DNA from: Gracilinanus agilis
Taxonomy: Eukaryota
Direction: 5' to 3'
Assembly: GCF_016433145.1 (NCBI RefSeq)
Contig: NC_058133.1
Location: 380,743,736 to 380,807,735 of the forward strand
DNA length: 64,000 bases
Positions within the stretch are counted from its first letter, which is position 1. Every line of letters starts with the position of its first letter. The notes beneath the pieces were generated by a model, which was not told the DNA's origin, ran no database searches, and saw only the letters and a list, made by a program, of their open reading frames with translations. Shown here one piece after another: positions 62,501 through 64,000 of the stretch. The position numbers and the translations under genes are program-made.

Positions 62501-64000
62501 CTACTTAACATGCTGATGTATTTAAATATTTACAGAACACTTTGCCTCATCCCACCCAACCAAATAAATCTATAAGGTAAACAATGCAAGTGTTATTTGT
62601 CCCATACTTCAAATGAAGAAACTGAGAGGAGTTTAAATGACTTCTCCAAGGCCACAGAGCTAGCAAGGAGAGGAACATGAATTTGAATCCAGGTCCTCTG
62701 ACTCCAAATCTAAGTGACATACTTTTTTTGATACCAAAATTAAAATCCTTATTAAAAGTTTATGAAAATTAAGACAATAACAAAGATCAGTTTTCTGTTA
62801 TTTGTAATTCATTTATACATAATGTTGAGATACATAGTATTTTTACCCCTCATGTCTTTTTCTTATCTATATTATCAATTTGAATAGTGAAATATGTTAA
62901 AGGAATTTTTATTTAACAATTTTAGTATGCATTTTAAATATATAACTTATATTTTAGGTGTGCTTTTATTAGTGACCACAAAACATAAAATATTTATGTT
63001 TTCCTTGAAGATATGGGGAATTGTAGTAAATGTATTTAATTGCTTCTACTGTAGATATAGTACTAAAATATATTCAAACCTACTTTAAAAATTCTTTAGT
63101 GGATTTATTGAATTGATTTTTTGACTTTTAGCTAAAAATTAATTCTGAACTTTTGATTGCATCAATCATTAATTGATGTCTATACATATCTATCAAACAG
63201 GGGAAAAAAGGAAAAACATCTCCAATTTATCTTGTATATGTCTTCTTCATTCATAGTTGTTTGAAAATTGTCTCCCCTTTAGACTATAAGCTTTTTAAGG
63301 GTAAGAAATTGTTTTAGTCTTTCTTTGGCTCTATCTTGGTGACTAGAAGAATAGTGGTGCCATCAACAGAAATAGGAAAAAAAAATGAATTCTGTTTTGG
63401 ACTTCTTGAGTTTGAGACACTTATGAGATATCTACATGGAGATATCTAAAAGACTATTGTATATGTGGGTTTGTAGCTCAGGAGAGAGATGAATGCAGAA
63501 TGTGTTGATTTAAGAATCATCTGCCTAGAAATGACAATGAATCCATGGGAACTGATGAGATTAGTAATTAAGTGGCACAGTAGATAGAATGTTTTACCTG
63601 GAGTCATGAAGACTTACATTCTGATCACACCTCCAATACTTACTAGATGTGGACCCCCTGAGCTAGTCAATTAACTTCTGTTTACCTCAATTTCCTCACA
63701 ATAAAATCATAACAGTACCTACCTCCCAGGATTAGGGTGAAGAACAAATGAGATAATAATTGTAAAGCATTTAGCACAGTGCCTGGTACATAGGAAGCAC
63801 TGTATAAATGTTAGTTCAAGTGAAAGTGTGTAGAGAGAGAAGCAAAGAGGGCCCAGGGCTGAATCTCTATGTACAGCCATACACAGTGGATAGGACATAG
63901 ATAATGATTCTAAAGGAATCTCAGAAGGTTTTGTGAGACAGATTAGAGCAGAACCATGGTAGAGTAGTGTCAGAAAATGCAGATAGAAGGGAATATTCAA

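Noticed and set aside
43905-64000. Search for the NCOA7 first coding exon (MDTKEEKKE-like)
   Set aside because: Not found; presumably beyond the window, so no NCOA7 CDS is reported

Overview
Vertebrate genomic DNA, AT-rich and repeat-dense. The young SINE and LINE families match a didelphid marsupial (opossum-like; inferred from SINE1_Mdo-type repeats). The window holds the complete HEY2 gene on the + strand (5 coding exons, 1824-12389, 341 aa), a tRNA-Glu(CTC) gene on the - strand (35388-35459), and a CpG-island promoter with a non-coding first exon at about 43-44 kb that is probably NCOA7 (synteny only; no NCOA7 coding exon is visible). The rest is transposable elements, a UBC-type polyubiquitin retrocopy (28506-28975, -) and a 222-bp assembly gap. 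Most notable: (1) a composite hAT-MITE/LTR structure with an 81-84 bp duplication; (2) a hAT MITE carrying a near-consensus CTCF motif; (3) a Gly-to-Ser change at the HEY2 exon 4/5 junction coupled to an in-frame competing donor; (4) five perfect RBPJ sites, one exonic and one deep in intron 4; (5) a compact GC-box/TATA/CRE promoter next to the tRNA. I found no clear new multi-gene system. All motif and family calls were made by eye and need computational confirmation.
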